In this document: in pieces, positions 26,705-30,390 of the stretch
How the letters are laid out: every line of letters begins with the position of its first letter
Numbering within the stretch: position 1 is the stretch's first letter
Assembly (NCBI GenBank): GCA_964035545.1
Contig: CAXIUT010000035.1
Location: 1 to 30,390, forward strand
From: Bugula neritina
Taxonomy: Eukaryota; Animalia; Bryozoa
Reading direction: 5' to 3'
Length of the DNA: 30,390 bases
Position numbers and translations under genes: made by a program
Notes under the pieces: generated by a model
Databases searched by the model: none
Seen by the model: the letters and a program-made list of their open reading frames with translations, nothing else
What the model was told of the DNA's origin: nothing

Positions 26705-28822
26705 ATGAAAGCTAATAAGGAAAAAGAGTGGCAGTTTTAAGAATAAGTTAAATGCCAGGAACTACCTTTTAACGAAGAATAAACTATAAAGCTTTAAAAT
26801 TCTATTCTATATGTAAGGTACAAACAATGGTTAAAAGATCATGGTGCCTTAATTGATTCTCGTCTCAGATATCCTTCCTATTTTGGAGAAGCTAAGAAAG
26901 GAGTTATTGGAATAAGCGCTGCTCAGATGATAGATAAAAATAGAGCTGTTATCGCTGTACCTTACAACTTACTTATTACGGTTGAAAAAGTAAAATAAGA
27001 TATTTAGCTCTTTGAAATAGTTAAAGATAATGTGAGTTATTTTAAACATGACTAAGACGCAGCTATGAAAATATTAGTTCTTTACATATCTAGTGAGTTG
27101 ATTAAAGGTTAAAAATCTATCTATTATCCTTATTTTTGTATTTCTAATTAAGATTTTCTTAGTGGTTGGGAAAGCAGGTACTTACATATGCTTGAAAATA
27201 GAGATCTAATGAAGAAAATGAAGGAACAGCGTTAAGTTATTGAACTTTAGTTTATGAATTTTTTAAGAATCTATCGTAGATATGATAATATTTTTCCTCA
27301 AAAAATGAGTAATAACTAATACCAAAAAATATTCTAAAAATCTTATATTTTTATTGTTACTCGAGCATTTGGATGGTCTCTTCCTTCCATATCTCTGATT
27401 CCACTAGGTGATTCTTTGAATCATAGTAATATCAGATATGTTAATCATTTCGTAGTAAACACTGAGGAAGAAGTCAATCCTAAGCAAGAGGAATTAATGA
27501 CTCAGACTGGATATAAACAGTATCACAAAGAAGTTAACTTATCTTTGCTAAAGAATGAAAGTTTAAAGTTAGAAGAAAAGGATTTGGCTTAATTAAGAAA
27601 GTAGAAAAAGAGTAAGGTGATGAAGTTTGTTTAGAAACATCAGGATTTATTGATTCAAAGTGAGAAACTAAAAGGAATGTAGATAGAGAAGATAGTTTTA
27701 CCTAAAAATAAATCTGAACTTAGAAATAAACAGTATCATATTTTACATCAACAGTATAAAGCTGGTGTCCATAAATTGAAAAATCTTCATTTTTATTAAT
27801 CGTCTTGCGATTAAGATAACGATACTGATGAAGAGACTTTATTTGAGAGAGAGATGAAGTATGAGAAGTTTACATTTTACGATAAGGAAAGAGTAGTTAA
27901 TGAAAATAACAAGAAAAAGGAAGTAAAAAAGTTATGGAAGATGTATTTATAAGATTCAGAATAAGAAGAGGAAGAAGAATAAAAGCCTTAAAGAATTAAA
28001 AATCAAACAAGTAAAAAATAGAATTAGAAATTAAAAGAAGAAATAAAATAAAAGTTGTTTAAATAAAACGAATCAAGTGAAGTATCATATGAAGATTCTG
28101 AAGATGAAGATGATCCTGTTTGGGACTGGATTGATAAGGCTAATCATAAAAAGACATATTTTATAATGAGTACTAAGGAAGTAGTGAGATAGAAATAACA
28201 AATTTATAACTTCTATGGAAGAAGAACAAATAGATTTTTACTTAGCAATTACAATTTTGTATTAAAAGATAATATCTATGATTCATATCCTCTAAGTGTC
28301 AAATTGGATGATAAAATATCGACTAAAGTAGGTGTATCTAAGTTACTTATATTTTCTAAGAAAGAAGAGGAAGGAATTAAGAGTAGGTAGTTTAGTTTAA
28401 AGAGATATTTGATAAATAATGATTTGGTCAATATTTGTCGAAGTTATGTTATTTTATGGAATAAAAAATAATGGAATCAGTGTCGATTGACTATTCCTTT
28501 TGATAGATAAATTGAGGTTAAAACTTTGGAGTTGTATCAGTAAATTATCAAATATTTATCTAAATAGTTTACAACTTCTATTGAATAAGATTAATAAGAA
28601 GAGGAAGAAGAGGTACTTAAACATGAAGAAAGAATGTCGATTCTTTTTAGAAATTAATACAAAAAGATTCTTAAAGGTCAAGATAAGTTAATAGTTCGTA
28701 GTCTTCAATATCTGAAGAAGTGGGAAGTGAACTCTATTCAGAAGTTTTAGTAGCCAGATATGAAGTGGATAAAAAGATTGAAGCCATATATATTATCTCT
28801 TGAATCTGCAGTTTCTTTATGA
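26705..28822 (+). CDS. SET-domain methyltransferase, SETD3/SETD6/Rubisco-LSMT-like (~705 aa)
   Basis: Motifs WLKDHGA, IAVPYNLLIT, SIYYPYF, VTRAFGW, LIPLGDSLNH and QIYNFYGRRTNRFLLSNYNF. Single frame to TGA 28820-28822. Confidence 0.92.
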
Positions 28823-28871
28823 TAGAAATGATGATTAGAATACCTTATTATAATTCCATTTATAATCGAAG

Positions 28872-30230
28872 ATGATCAAGAAAGATTTCTAAAATGAAAT
28901 AGTTCTTTTTGATGACTAGGATGAGTAGATATAATAAAATCCTGTACCTAAATAGCCAGGAGAGATATTCCTTTTCGATGATTAAGAGTGCCTTGAAGTA
29001 TCTGAATCTTTTCATGATGTTGAAGAACCATCATATTCATCGTAGGAAAGAAAAGAAATGAGTAAGGAGTAATATAGTGATAAGCTTAATGAGCTTCAAG
29101 GTAAAATTATGTTTACGAATATATCTAATTTGGGAAAAGATGTGAAAAAGGCTAAGAAGACATATTTCTAAGAGGCTAAATAAAAAAGAAAAAGTATTTA
29201 ATCTGTTTGTAAACAAAGAAATTCTAAAAGAATTTAATAAATTGTTTTTTAACCTAAAGCAGGTAAAATTAAAGTTAATTTTGATTATGACAGGTCGAAA
29301 ATTAACAACTTTTTTCATTAACAAAAAAAATAAAATCGTCTATAGAGAAAATCTCAAAAACTTGAAGAATTTTCTATGAGCGATGAAATTGTACCTGAAA
29401 GTGCTACTGAAAGTTTTAACAAACAAATGCATCAAAAAAGTTTAACAGGAGCTTAATTTAAAGAAAAGAATGATTTGAAAATCGAAGAGGATCTCAACAA
29501 GAACACTTTGAAAGTGTCTAATTTTAGATAATTTTTATACAACCAACTAAAGCCAAGTTACACAATATTTTTATCAATTAAGAAGACGGTTAGTGGGATA
29601 ATAAATTCGACATACAAGATGTATTTTCAGGAGAATAGTCGATTTGTGATGTCATGTTAGAAGCAGGGTTTTTCTAAATATGTTTTTTCAACTAGTTAGG
29701 TTCATATCGCATAAGATCATATAAGTTATTTGGGCAAGATGTAGAGTAATTTTTTTGGAACTGAGTTTCAGATGTATGATTCAGGATAGTAGTATTCAAA
29801 AACAAAAATGATGTAAAATTATAAAAAGCAGTTGGCTTCTATCAATTATCATCAAGATTAGCATCAACCTCGAGAGATAACTACTTATATTACTACTTGT
29901 GATAATAAATCGTCAGAATTTACTATATTGGATGGAAATAATGATATTATTCAAAGCAAGGTCAAATATTCTAGTTATAAAAATATACATAAGTTGAAAA
30001 GTAAAGATCCTGGATTTGATGAGAATTAGAATTGTTATAAATTAGATTTTAAGGAAGTTGCTGGAGTTGCTTCTACTAAAAATTTTATCGTTTAGAGTCC
30101 AGAATATCCTGATGCGCTTATTTTTGGAAGGCAAGATAAAGATTCTTATATAATGAGAATTAAGGCTCCTTTTTCGATAATGCAAGCAGTGTCAATTGCC
30201 ATGTCGAGTATTCATCGAAAGTTTCTGTGA
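28872..30230 (+). CDS. Tubby-domain protein (~452 aa)
   Basis: C-terminal YLGKMxSNFFGTEFQMYDSG, PREI, CYKLDF, ASTKNF, FGR and PFSIMQAVSIAMSS are Tubby C-terminal motifs. Acidic N-terminal extension. Confidence 0.92.
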
Positions 30231-30303
30231 TTTCAGCATATTATTATTTGATTACTTATATAAAATATTTTATGAATAAATTTATATTTTAATAAAAAGT
30301 TAT

Positions 30304-30390
30304 GGGGTTGGGGTTGGGGTTGGGGTTGGGGTTGGGGTTGGGGTTGGGGTTGGGGTTGGGGTTGGGGTTGGGGTTGGGGTTGGGTTGGGG
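30304..30390 (+). repeat. Right telomere, (GGGGTT)n
   Basis: G4T2 repeats in the correct orientation for a right chromosome end. One G3 variant unit at ~30380-30384. Confidence 0.99.

Noticed and set aside
30380-30384. Single G3 variant telomere unit
   Set aside because: One homopolymer deviation at the contig edge is most likely a sequencing or telomerase slip, not a mixed-repeat telomere.

Overview
This is not prokaryotic DNA. It is a complete, telomere-to-telomere ciliate macronuclear chromosome of about 30.4 kb, very AT-rich, with (C4A2)n at 1-81 and (G4T2)n at 30304-30390. The supplied standard-code ORFs are artefacts or fragments, because TAA and TAG are sense codons here and TGA is the only stop. 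Hand translation gives 17 tightly packed protein genes with intergenic gaps of 23-204 nt. Recognisable products are a Ser/Thr kinase, CTNNBL1, a SET methyltransferase, a Tubby-domain protein, an alpha/beta hydrolase, a permuted papain-like (C92-type) protein, ankyrin and B-box proteins, a putative Cys-less pentameric ligand-gated channel, and a 2354-aa Rdx/SelW-like + five-SPRY-like protein containing a 798-bp tandem triplication. Two features stand out. (1) TAA/TAG sit at conserved GLUTAMATE positions (Rdx GAF[E], kinase AP[E], CTNNBL1 S[E], inside poly-Glu runs), which points to a UAR=Glu code (peritrich-type, table 30) rather than the usual ciliate Gln, although a few TAA fall in Gln-type columns. 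(2) The spliceosomal introns are tiny and nearly fixed in length: nine of 20 nt, three of 19 nt and one possible 21 nt, all GTA...AG. All translations and alignments were done by eye from remembered family motifs; no database search was run.
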